The notes under the pieces are model-generated. The model saw only the letters and a list, made by a program, of their open reading frames with translations, searched no databases and was not told the DNA's origin. Below, one piece after another: positions 12,471 through 23,981 of a stretch of 64,000 nt of DNA (the stretch's first letter is position 1; the number at the start of each line of letters is the position of its first letter). Both the position numbers and the translations under genes were made by a program. The DNA comes from Oikopleura dioica (lineage: Eukaryota > Animalia > Chordata), in assembly GCA_907165135.1 (NCBI GenBank), contig OU015566.1:10044001-10108000 (forward strand), given 5' to 3'.

Positions 12471-13123
12471 TAAACGTAGGGCGCTTGGGTTTTTACCAAG
12501 AAACGAGATTTTAGGACGAAATCGGACTTGGAAATGAGCTCGTTAGTGCTACCCCAGCGAAAAAATTCCTCGAAAAGATTAAGTCGGTCGCTGTTGGAGA
12601 AAGCTTCAGTTGGGGCGAAGAAACATATAAGAAACTTTTTGACCCGATTTGGGTTTGATGAGATTCTGTGTATCTTCAAAAACTTTGGAATAAATGCTAA
12701 TATCAAAATAGGGCCCTTTATGTAGCATAAATTATGTTTCGTCTCAGCAGGATGTTTGACACAACACATTGCGTAACATTTGATAGACTCGCCTTCTAAC
12801 TTAGAAGTTCTAAGGCTTAGAATGCCTATTTGTATAAGAAATTTGTTAGATCTTCGGCCATCCATCCGGCGTGAATAACCTCAAATACAGAAATCTTATA
12901 AAAACTAAAGCAATCAATCGAGCATGAATGCCAAGATGTTCTTTCTTCCCTTTGTTTGACTGTGAAAACTTGATCGAAACAGACCAGAATTTTACGGGTG
13001 TTCGAATTCGCTTGACATTTTTCTTCTGCGCGTTTCCATAGATACCATTGACTTGAAAGCTAAATCTACAGCTTTTAAGACAATAAAAGAAAAATCTTTT
13101 AAATATAAGCCTCTTCAAAATAA

Positions 13124-14520
13124 ATGTCAAAAATTACACCTGGCGATGACAACAACGAAGAGAGCAGCAACAAGAAACTAAGAGGAAATCCAAGATTGCC
13201 GCCAATTGCGCCGATAGTGAAAATTAACAGCTTATCTGCATTTCAACTTGGAGCTAAAAGAGATTTTTACGATGACGGAGCGGTTCAATTTTGCTTTCTA
13301 CATGAGCTTTAGCTTTAATTTTCCGGTTTTAATATCAGTGATACTTTATCGGCCATTTGAATAATTATTTGAGACCTCAAGTGTATTTACATTGACCTTT
13401 AGTAAATAGAAACTGAGAAAAAACACTTCTAAGGACACCCTAAAATCTGAACCCGCCTGAAAAGAGAGCACAGTTTCAACATTTGATAACAATATAATGA
13501 GGAACAGTATAATTCCAGAAGAAGATGAGGCGCCAGAAAAGGTAACGTCTCTTTGATAATTTAATATTCGGTAGCTTGTTGTATAGAATTTCCTTCACAA
13601 CAAAAGGCAGGGCATTCTATTATTCTGAGCGCAAACTGTGCATTTACGAAAAAGATGAGGCCCCACTCGCGAGGGTTTTTGAAATTTCAACGAGAGATCG
13701 CTTCTTTTCGTAATAATGTTATCAAAGATGTGCTGCAGACAATCAATTTTGATATATCCCGAAATGGAACTATCAAAAAGGTAACTTCGGAGAAAAATAT
13801 TCTAGATCAAAATGAGCTGCAATAATTTTGGGTTTTTTTTAATCAAATTATCGAGAAATAATGGGAAAGAAGACCAAGTCCCGACATCAGCAGAAAGCAA
13901 TCAGTGACTTTATCAAAGACATGGATATCAGAATAGCATTATCCCAGAAAGCAGTAAAGCAAAAATGAGAAAGAGAAGACACCTAGCTTTTTTGACAAAA
14001 TCATTAGATATCCAACGAGCAAAGCATAAAAAACACTTGCTTGAGCGAAAAGCTAAAAGGGATAAATATCTTGAAGCAAATGAAGGCAAAGAGCAAAAAT
14101 TTAAAAATCTCGGGAAAACGATCTTGGGGGCTAACAAGCTTTTCAAGCTAGCGGTACTTCATAAGAAATCTTTTATTAGAAATCTTTTATTAGAAATCTA
14201 TTATTAGATCTTTTATAATCTTTTATAGATCTTTAATATATTTCTTTCAGTCGGCTGCGGATATACAATCATCAGAGCCATCGCAAGAGGTAAGACAATC
14301 AATGTTTACTCAAATGACTTTTACACCCGGCGGAAAAATTAAAAAATTTTTACCAAAACAGAAATTTTAGTTTCTTGAACTTTAGGTGACATTTTTGAAC
14401 TGGCACAGTTCTCGAACAAGATAATAAACCGTCCCGGCTGACAAGCTTTTTATGATGTCTGAGTTCGCATCGATCACAAAATCGATGCACAGATTTTGAC
14501 AAGTTTTTCAAAGTTCAAAA
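13124..14520 (+). CDS. Uncharacterised multi-exon protein; boundaries approximate
   Basis: ATG at 13124 (MSKITPGDDNNEESS...) followed by several short exon-like blocks bounded by GT/AG. No family recognised. Confidence 0.4.
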
Positions 14521-14631
14521 GTATAGAGGAAAAATTGAATAGTGACATTTAATTGTTGAAGAATTGGAAATAAAGTCGCGAGAGAGAAAATACAGTAATT
14601 CTCGAAAAGGATAGAATAAAAATCTCTTTGA

Positions 14632-17600
14632 ATGTCAAAGTCGTCAAACAAGGAGTCAGAGAAAATTGAGCTCTTGAACAATAATGCTAATTGCCGTCCG
14701 AAAGCATCGGAGAATGCTGCTGTTATAGTCAGCGTTTTTTCGAGAGAGGAGATGCATGAATATTTTCTAACCGTTAGTAAATCCTCCTTTCCCGAAGAAT
14801 TTGGTCAGTTAATCTAAAAACATCTTTTAGAGAGATGAGACACTCTTCCTGAAGTCCTCCGAAGACGGAATCAAAAAGAAAATCGACTTCATCATCATGT
14901 ACAACTTTTCTGCCGACCCTGAGAGCCGGAACCATCACGAGTCTCTAAGAAGAACTCTCAAGCAAAGACTAAGGAGCAAGAATTTAATCGTAGAAGACGC
15001 AAGCGAAGACGAAAACTTCGAACCGCGAACTGATGAGGAAGGAAATATTGACGAAAAACAAAAGTATTTTATAAAAATTCACGCACCAATGGTTGTACTG
15101 AAGAAGCAAGCTGAAGTTTTAAGCATAAACTGTCGACTCCAAAGCAGAAAAGATATCAAAGTAAGAGTCAATAGCCAGACTATCAATTTACCATTTCAAG
15201 GCGATGATTGCATCTCAAGTACAAGAAAGAATCGAGGGTGGAGTTCTTGAAGGCGATTCTGACGATGAAGATGACGAAGACAACGATGAAGATTCCGGCT
15301 GCTTGGAAAACTTCTTCTCTAAAACGAAAGAAACATGGTCGAATTTCATCGAAAAGAGCGAGGGGTTTTTCCAAGTCAAGGAAATCTGGGACACGGATCC
15401 GGAAGATTACTTCACAGCAATTTATCGACACGATCTTCATGATTATTTTGCAAAGACAGAAAACGAAGAAGAATTTTTCACTGACTCTCAGAGAATACGA
15501 ATGGTCGCAAATATTTTGAATAACATCAAGTGGGAAGGAAAAAACTCGAGGAAAATCGGAATTCGAGCTTTTCTTGAGAACGAGGAAGGAGCAATTCTCG
15601 GATATTACCCACTCCACGATGGCGTTTTCAACGAGCCACAGATCAGCGACGAAGAAGATTTCGTGCCAAAGAAGAGTTTGAGAGCTTATCTTCATAGAAA
15701 TTGGTCTGGCTGGAAAAACTTCTACAGAAGTCAGCCTTTGGACGAAATTAGAGACTATTTTGGAGAAAAGATTGCGCTGTACTTTGGATTCTTAGGATTT
15801 TATACGAACTCACTAATTGCGTTTTCTGTTATTGGACTGATAGTTATGATCTATGGATTGGCGACGTTTCAAACTGATACTGTAATTACCGAAACATGCA
15901 ACATGACTGACGTGATTCTTTGTCCAAAGTGCTTCGATTGTACATTCGATAAAGCCTCGGATCTTTGTCAACCGCTGAAAATCACGTATATTTTCGACAA
16001 TGTCTTCACACTTGGTTATGCGTTTCTGGTCTCAATTTGGGCGATGACATTCCTAGAGCTGTGGGCACGAAAGAACTTTTTCCTCGAGTACGAATGGGAT
16101 TTGACCAAAATCGACAAAGATATGGAACCTCCTCGAGCGCGTTATCAAGCTGTGGCACCTCAAAATCGTCTCAATCCTGTCACGTTCAAGAAAGAAGCTT
16201 ACATCCCTCTCTCGACAATTTATCCACGAAAGCTGCTATCCCTTAGTGTAGTCTTGTTTTTCATCCTCTTGGTAATTGCATCCGTCGTCGCAGTCATCGT
16301 TTACCGTATGGTGCTCAGCGTTATTGTCAACGACTTAGGTTTCGCGGAAGATTCTCCAGTTGGAGAAGTTGTCACTCCCTCCATTGTCGTCACAACTACT
16401 GCTTCAACGATCTCACTAATCCTGATCATGGGCTTCAATCTTATCTATCACAAAGCGGCCGCCAAATTAACAGAACTTGAAGTCCCCAGAACTCAGCAAG
16501 AATTTGACGATTCATACTCGTTCAAGATTTTTTGCTTCCAATTCGTCAACTACTACTCAAACTTGTTCTACATCGCGTTTTTCAAGGACACCCTCGTTGG
16601 TTACCCCACTAACTATTTATCTATCAAGGAAGGGGGTAAAAATATAAATAATATTTTGAAATGAGTCTTCGTTGATTTCACCCCTTGACAGGGAAGCGAT
16701 GGGAAGGAGTACAGATGGGCTGGTTGCGATGGCGGTTGCTCCTATGAGCTTGCTATTCAGTTAATAATTACAATGGTCGGCAAGCAACTCATAAACAATG
16801 TGATTGAAATACTTCTTCCGGCTTTTCAAAAGTGGTGGACAAGGAAGAAAAACGTAAGCCAGCTATTAATCCATTGAATGATCTCACAAACATGAATTTA
16901 GGAAGACAATCTTGGACTTAATATTGATGCTCGATGGAAAGCAGATTCCTTGCTCTCATCCTCAAATGAGATCAAATATGGTAACAGATCGTAGACCGCA
17001 TGAATGTAGTACTAACACGAATCATCTTTCAGGCTTTGATGTAAATTATCTCAACGGTAAGAACTCACAACCTTGATTCCATCACTCGTATGTTTAACTG
17101 ATTTAAAATTTCAAAAATAATAATGGATAGTTAAATATTTCAAATAGACTACATCGAGTTGGCGATTCAGTTTGGGTTCGCAGTTCTGTTTTCATGCGCC
17201 TTCCCTCTTGCACCACTTTTCGCATTTTTGAACAACATCGCGGAAATCCGAATCGACGCGGCAAAATACGTCAAGTACTCTCAGCGACCGATTCCAGAGC
17301 GAACCAAGAACATTGGAATCTGGGAACCGATCTTTAGATTTTTAGCAATTCTCGCTGTCATCACGAATGTAAGTTCAGATCCCAGCCGAACAGCCACGTT
17401 TAATAAATTTGAAGGGCTTGCAGCTTGCTATAACTTCACAAACAGTCCCACGAATTGTTTACGCTGCCATGGGCAAGTCTGAAAATGAAGACCTTCCACT
17501 CGCCGGCTTTGCGAGATCTATTTATTCCGTCTATCAAATCCCCGATGACTTTGTCGGCGGTAACCCTGAGAATTACACTGAATGCCAGTAAGTTTTCTTC

Positions 17601-17915
17601 ATAATCCTCGTTTTTACGTTTATGATTTTAGCTACGAAGGATACCGAGACGAGAATTTGGAGCCGACGATTGATTATTGGAGTGATCGTTATGCACGAGT
17701 TCTCTTTTTCATTTTATACGAGGTAAAAATAGCAAAACGAATGAGAAATTTATTTGATAATTTAGCATGCCGTTTTCCTTACCGTTTGGCTGATCGTCTG
17801 GCTCATCCCAAACAAGCCACAGAGCCTCAAGAACATGATCAAACAAGAAGAATACATCGTCCAGACAATTCTCAAAGATAAAGCAAAGAAAGACCTGAGC
17901 AAGAAGAATTCCTAA
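14632..17915 (+). CDS. Anoctamin / TMEM16 family Ca2+-activated channel or scramblase
   Basis: QPLDEIRDYFGEKIALYFGFLGFYT, RTQQEFDDSYSFKIFCFQFVNYYS, ELAIQLIITMVGKQ, QFGFAVLFSCAFPLAPLFAFLNNIAEIRIDA, NIGIW. Stop TAA at 17913-17915. Confidence 0.93.
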
Positions 17916-19807
17916 GCCTATCATTCCATCTATGCAAACTTCCAACTTGATGCAAGTACTAAAATCATTTTATACATCTGTTTTTCTTATTTAATTTTTA
18001 CTCACTGCCAGTTATATTTTCACTCAATACAAAAAAAAACAAACAACTAAAGTTGCTTCTTCGTCAATTTTATTTACAAGTGCCAGAAGAATATAAATCC
18101 ATGTCACTTTTTTATGAAAGAATCTGGAGAGTCTCTCTGTCCAAGTTCACTGTTGCCCACGTTGTGTCTAGCGTCGAGCGTCCGCGCTATCCCCACCGGA
18201 GCCTTTGCAGTACAGCATAGAAAGAAGCTGTTCTCATTCAATCCATGCTTTACTATCAAAGACTCAGTTGGCCGCGGAAAAATCGCTTTTCTCTCTTTCT
18301 CTATTTTTGAAGCTGGGTCTCTCAAGCGTATACTGAAAATGACTAGGGTCCATCACGTGCTTTTTTTCTTCCTCGTGAGCTCGGGCATTTTCCCTCAAGC
18401 AAATTCTGTCCGCTTATAATTCTGCATAAAAAATGCACTCTTTCTACCAGTTCAAGCTAGTTTTCATGAAAAAATAACCATGATTTTGTTGAAAAGAAGT
18501 GACAAAAAGTTATATATCTACCCTTTTATCCGGTATTGATTTGTTTTTCAGACTGCTTTTAATTTCTCTTGGACTTGCTAGTCCAGTCTTCGTGTTTTTT
18601 ATGAGCTGCTCTGTACGAAGCATCGACCAACGGCCAAATCAAAAGTCATGAGCAGGGTCACAGGACGAGCGCAAATAGTAACAGAGAAAAATTCTTAGAC
18701 GTAGGCAAAGTGAAATTATTCAGGGTGGACCGAGTTGACCTTGCGCTTCGGGGAGAGGGAGGGGCTTATGGCAAAATTTCTGCTGATTCGTTTTCTCGGT
18801 GCTGATTTCTTCAAATTAAGAATTCTAATTAGGTGTACCTCTTAATAAGAAATGATCTAGAAAAACTGACAAACGTGAAATTGTCGAAGGTCCCACCTGT
18901 ACCAGGCCTTATGTCCCTCAGCATATGCTTAAATCAAAACGAAAGATGATCACGTGGTTAAACCTGGATCCCCACGTGATTCTATCGTACGGCCCATACA
19001 TTGGAAACTAAAAGGCGAGGCCCAAGTTGGCAGGTCTGAGAGGTTTGAATTTTTTTAACTCTCTGAGTTTTGATTTCTTTGCATTCTCTGTTTTTTTAAG
19101 CCCTATTCGAAAGTGAAATTAGAAAAAAAAGTTGAGCAGCGTGCTTTCTTTCTTTCTGTGAGCATTCTCGTGAAAAACTCGAAAACATCTCGAAAAAGCG
19201 ACTCACGTGCGAGTGAAACGCGCGCGCAAGGGCACGCTCTCTTCGATGACTTCTTGTGCATAAATTTCCAGTGTTTCCTGTGTTCTAACCGAATAAGCTA
19301 AGTAAAAAATAGCTGAGTTCGGAATCTAGGCCGGAAGTTATGTTTATAGCTATCAGATGGCCATAAATCATCTTCAAGGCAGTTTAGATTTTGAAACATA
19401 CTCATCACAATTAGGAGCGCTTTAAGAGACTTACTGTATTCTCTCTAAAAACTTTTTGGTGAAAAATATTTTAAAGTTTTCGAAAAAATTCTGAAAATTT
19501 TCAAGCTCTGTAATAACGTCAGAGAGACACTAAGCAAAAGGTAAGGAATAGTCAACGCCTACAGAGCTCGAGTGGTGGTGTTTCATGGCCAACGGTGAGG
19601 GCGAGTTGTTGGAGTGAAAAACAAGGCGCTACTGCTGCCTTACCGACGCCTTTTTCTATTTCTTTCTCGAGTGTATTCTGATGATTCTGCTGCTTCTCGA
19701 ACTAATGAGCCGTGAATCTATTTTGTCTCTAGGAAATTTTGAGTCTGCATATTATTATTCATAATTTTGGTTACTGTCGTCAGGCTTATAAAACGTGTCC
19801 GCACGTG

Positions 19808-20097
19808 AGTAGTATATAAATGTCAGCCTTGCCGGACGCTCTCAAGTGGAAAGCACTTGAATTCAAGTACTTTCAAGTGCCTGCACCTGGCACCTAAATA
19901 AACAAACTATTGTGACTTGTTTCCGGTCAGTAATTGTCTTGCACTTGAAGTACTTGACACCTGAACATATTCTGAGCGCGAATTTTGAAAAGACAAAGTG
20001 AGCGCACTTGCGCCAGAACCAGTTGACCGTAACCGCGAGTATAAATCCCGGTTGATAAATCAGGAGCCCCAAAGGTCGCCAAAAATTCAAAATATAA
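19808..20097 (+). repeat. Left terminal inverted repeat of the mini-Polinton (290 bp)
   Basis: Reverse complement of 23982-24271, with 3 mismatches found by eye. Confidence 0.95.
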
Positions 20098-20131
20098 GGA
20101 GAAAAAATCTTTTTTTCTAACAAAAAATACA

Positions 20132-21375
20132 ATGACTAGACCGGATCGAAAAATTGTCAAAACACATTATCCAAAGGATAATTGCTCTGAAAGGTTATCC
20201 TTTATATTTGACGCGGATCCAAATTTATGCCTCGTCAAAAACAAAATACAAATTTTCTTTACTCTTGAACTCGACGAAAAGTACATCCCGGAAAATGGTT
20301 TTGGACCAAAACAATTTTCCACAGTTGATGTCGAACTACAGAGCCAGCTTGTGAGTGCTCCACGAACTCGTGGAGACTATTATTTGAATGATTGGCTACT
20401 TAAGAAGACAAATTTCAGCGCCGAGTATATGAAAACTTTTTTTCTGACAGAAGGGTACTTTGACGATTATAACTACAGTGAACTCTCCGAATCAGCAAAA
20501 AAGAACCTCGTGAGCAGTCGTAGAAGTGGCTGTCAACGAAAAGACGGAAAATACATTTATCAATTGATGATTATTCCAACAGATGGTTTTCTTCTTGACA
20601 ATAAGCCACTGCCTCCAAATAAGGAGATGAAGCTTACACTTCGACGGCAAGATGCAAAATTTTCGACCTTGAAAATTTCGGAAAATACACCAGATCTCAC
20701 TGATGCACTCGAACTCAAGGACTGCTATGCAAAAGTTGAATACATTTCAAGCCAGCATTTGCGAACGGAGCTATTTGAACATCGCAGCATCTCCTATGTA
20801 TATGATGACTTAAATGTAATTGTCAGATCCTTGACAAAGGGCGAAAAGATAGTGAGAATGGAAAATCTTTTTGGAGGAAAAACCCCAGCATTCCTTTTTG
20901 CAGGCATCATGCCTACAAGTTGCATCGATGGTGATAACGAGGGCGAATCAATCAGTCTTACGAGAAATGATCTACTCAGCTTCGATCTAGCGATTAATGG
21001 ATCATCTTGCACGGGTTATCCTATGGTAAGATAAACAGTCCTAAAACTTGATGACTAATTTTTGGATAGAAAATTAAAGCAGACTTCCCAATCGAGCCCT
21101 ATCTGAAATATCAAGATGTCATGGGAAACTTGATGAATGTCAAAACATATAAAGTGGACTCAATTTTCGATTTCAAAAAAGCATTCCTCTTTGCGCATAA
21201 GTTCGAAGGTGAAAACGAAGAAAATTCCGGCTGGGTTAGTGCAACTCTGGAGTTCAAGGATGTTGTCGACAAAAATTTGAGCTTGGTAGTCTGGACGATA
21301 GATATGGTGAAGGTTTCTATCGACGAATATGGTCAGATTGACAAGGATATAGTAAAAAAGATTTCCTCTGCATAA
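20132..21375 (+). CDS. Polinton-type double jelly-roll major capsid protein (PY-like), 399 aa, one intron at 21026-21069
   Basis: YIPENGFGPKQFSTVDVELQSQLV...YYLNDWLLKKTNFS, FGGKTPAFLFAGIM...FDLAINGSSCTGYP and C-terminal GWVSATLEF...LSLVVWT...VSIDEYGQI resemble the Polinton PY pattern. A 44-nt GT-AG intron joins the two ORFs in frame. Confidence 0.8.
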
Positions 21376-21482
21376 GAAATAATGAATAAAATATCTTTCC
21401 GATATATTTATTTTTGATTTAGCAGTATTCTTTTTTAGGTTTTTTTCTTCTTTTTTTCTTAATTATTGGTCGATTACGTTTC

Positions 21483-21965
21483 TTATTTTTCTGATCGGTG
21501 TAAGCATCGTTTATCCCTCTTTGCCGCCAATATTGTTCTCGTTGACTCAGACTGACTGAGATGCTGGACATTTTGCTCAAGTTTCAAATTGATATAGCCA
21601 AATTTAATTTCTGGTTTAACCGATGAGTCAGAGAGCGATTCAATATCAATTTCAATTGATACGAAATCCAAATTTCTAGATCGGAGTGTATTTATAGTTT
21701 CTTGAGTTGGTTGATAATTGTATGCCCCAGAGGACATGATAAAATTAGCGAGTTGTACTTTTCCAATTGTGTCCAACAGTGATATTTTGACGTGAAAATG
21801 GTGATTTCGCGGTAAATTTTCGATAATTATTCCAGCAGAATTAAGAGAAATCTGCCAGAATGATTCCTCATTGGCAAAAAAATTTTGCCTTTCGTCGAAC
21901 AGCCATAGAGTTTTCTTATTTTGCGTTGTAAGATTTAAGATCTTTGGCAATTTTTCGTAACTCAT
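21483..21965 (-). CDS. Probable minor capsid (penton, single jelly-roll) protein, 160 aa
   Basis: First true ATG at 21965. Beta-rich pattern, with C-terminal YNYQPTQETINTLRSRNLDFVSIEIDI...YINLKLEQ resembling the Polinton penton end motif. Its position inside the element supports this. Confidence 0.55.
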   Translation of the reverse strand: MSYEKLPKILNLTTQNKKTLWLFDERQNFFANEESFWQISLNSAGIIIENLPRNHHFHVKISLLDTIGKVQLANFIMSSGAYNYQPTQETINTLRSRNLDFVSIEIDIESLSDSSVKPEIKFGYINLKLEQNVQHLSQSESTRTILAAKRDKRCLHRSEK

Positions 21966-22890
21966 AGTAGTAGAACGATCCAGATATCTTACTGTCGTTA
22001 AAATGGGACAGTTTATACCAGACAATACCAGCTTTTTGCGATATAGCTCGTATTTTGTACTCTTCTGATGACCAATTTTGTTTGTATCCTTTATCGAAAA
22101 GACTCTTTTTTCGTAAAATACGAACAATGTTCCCAACTTGTAGACGAGGTTGTGCTAATAGCTTCAAATTTGGATATAATTTCTTAAATACCAAAGGAAT
22201 ATTATCATCAGACACCTCCCTTGGGGCTATCCCCGTTGAACGGTGAGGAGTTCCATTGTAGCCACGCACAATATCAGGAAGAACGTCTATCCATATTCTT
22301 GTTTTGTTATGGCTCATGTATTTTTCGAGGCGGGATTTAAGAGTTCTGATGACTCTTTCTGCCATCGATGCCTTGGTTTTCGTTTTGATACTGTAGTGAT
22401 GGATTTGAAAAGCATCAAACAGTCGCCGCATATCAGAATTATAAAATTCTTTACCCTCATCAGTGATGACTGTATTTGGGTACTCGTTCATTTCATCAAA
22501 AATTTCTGAAAACGCAGCAGAAACAGTTTTCTGATTCTTTTTCTTCAAGGGCTTTGCCCATATATATTTTGAAAAGCAATCGATCACAATCAGAATGTAG
22601 ACATTGTTTCTATTCGCAAACTTCATCTTGCTACTACGAGTGTATTCTATCAAATCCGCCATAAAAATTTGAAATGGGTGGTTGACGATAATTCTTCTTC
22701 TTGGAAAAACTCTCTTGACGATTCTACCATGTTTGCTTTGAGTCGCATTTTTTCTCAAGAAATCATTCAATTTTGCAGAGTAAGCGGGAGTACTTTGAAT
22801 ATTTGAGTATATCTGCTCAATATTGTCATCATTACTTATTTGAGTGCCTTTATTTGCTGTCAGAGCTTTCTTTTTGTTGCGAGTTCTCAT
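21916..22890 (-). CDS. Polinton-type (retroviral-like, rve) DDE integrase, 324 aa
   Basis: MADLIE (D), YILIVIDCFSKY, VITDEGKEF (D), MAERVIRTLK (E), YNGTPHRSTGIAP, LQVGNIVRI...FDKGYKQNWS, GSFYYYEL. Confidence 0.93.
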   Translation of the reverse strand: MRTRNKKKALTANKGTQISNDDNIEQIYSNIQSTPAYSAKLNDFLRKNATQSKHGRIVKRVFPRRRIIVNHPFQIFMADLIEYTRSSKMKFANRNNVYILIVIDCFSKYIWAKPLKKKNQKTVSAAFSEIFDEMNEYPNTVITDEGKEFYNSDMRRLFDAFQIHHYSIKTKTKASMAERVIRTLKSRLEKYMSHNKTRIWIDVLPDIVRGYNGTPHRSTGIAPREVSDDNIPLVFKKLYPNLKLLAQPRLQVGNIVRILRKKSLFDKGYKQNWSSEEYKIRAISQKAGIVWYKLSHFNDSKISGSFYYYELRKIAKDLKSYNAK

Positions 22891-23078
22891 ACTTTTTTCT
22901 AAAAGCAAAGAAAGATTTGAAGATAACTCTCCACGGATAGGTTATTTTTGCTTTTATGCCACAAGAACAACGGATTTTTCTCGATTGATTTGTCATTGAA
23001 ATAAAAAACACAAACAATCTTTGATAAATCAAATTTTAAGAAGCTCAGGGGCATTTATTTCACGTAAAGTAATCAGAG

Positions 23079-23954
23079 TCAGTAATCACTTTCTGAGCTT
23101 GTTGTTGAATCATCACTGGATTTGTCAGAGGAAGACTGATATCTTTTCCTCTTATTCGCTTGGTCTGCAGACTTCTTTTTAAGCTTCTTAACAGTCGCAT
23201 GAAAAGTTGGCTGCTTTGAATTGTATTTTTCTTTGATCTCAAAAAATCGCCGAAAATCATTTTCACTGATAATGTAAGATTTCATTCCGTTCACTGAAAA
23301 GCATTTGGGATACTCGCTAAATATATCCGTGAAAAGACGATAGTTTGATCGATGAGCCTGAGGGGAAAGATTAATCACATAGAATGGATATTTTTCGAAT
23401 TTCGAATCTTCTTCTGCAGCTTTATACGCTTCAGTTAGTCCAACAGCTCGACATCTTCGTAAATTTATTGACGCATCCAGACAATTACGAGTAAGAACTT
23501 GCATATTACAGCTGTTACCAATGTCACGTGCATATTTTCCTTTTGAATAGCTGTTTTGAGTCATTATCATCACACTAAGATTTCTCTTCCCAGATGTGAC
23601 TCTGAACAGATGATCGATGCATTCGGAGTTGGCTGCTTTATCATAGAGATCGTCGAGAATAAGAAGTGTGTGGCTTTCAAGTGAATCAATGTCGTCTTGA
23701 GTCGGTAAACCAACTGTAAATTGTATTGGAATGGATATTTTATCGCTTTCGTCCCAATCAACTGGTTTTTCTTTCAAGTATTTCGGATAGCAATAAATTA
23801 TTCGTCTCGGTTCATTTTCAAATAAGTCGAAATTTTCACAAAGTTTACCAGCCACATGAGTTTTGCCAGATTGTGATGATCCAGAAAAAAGGATTCTGAA
23901 AGGATAAGGAAATCTTAAATCCTTGCACACTTCTCCAGATATTGATAAACTCAT
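23079..23954 (-). CDS. A32/FtsK-HerA family DNA packaging ATPase, 291 aa
   Basis: YPFRILFSGSSQSGKT (Walker A), LLILDDL (Walker B), SVMIMTQN, RDIGNSCN, YPFYVINL. Confidence 0.9.
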   Translation of the reverse strand: MSLSISGEVCKDLRFPYPFRILFSGSSQSGKTHVAGKLCENFDLFENEPRRIIYCYPKYLKEKPVDWDESDKISIPIQFTVGLPTQDDIDSLESHTLLILDDLYDKAANSECIDHLFRVTSGKRNLSVMIMTQNSYSKGKYARDIGNSCNMQVLTRNCLDASINLRRCRAVGLTEAYKAAEEDSKFEKYPFYVINLSPQAHRSNYRLFTDIFSEYPKCFSVNGMKSYIISENDFRRFFEIKEKYNSKQPTFHATVKKLKKKSADQANKRKRYQSSSDKSSDDSTTSSESDY

Positions 23955-23981
23955 TTAATTATTTCTCTGCTTTTGGACTGT

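Noticed and set aside
18104-18640. Small gene between anoctamin and the mini-Polinton
   Set aside because: Overlapping short ORFs on both strands, and I could not build a consistent spliced frame or find a motif.
19863-20160. ORFs within the TIRs (19863-20132, 19927-20160, and the mirror 24007-24216)
   Set aside because: They are mirror products of the inverted repeat, start at non-ATG codons or run out of the element, and have no recognisable motifs.
21965-22136. 217-aa version of the penton ORF
   Set aside because: The first 57 codons follow a non-ATG start and lie inside the integrase gene; the first ATG is at 21965.
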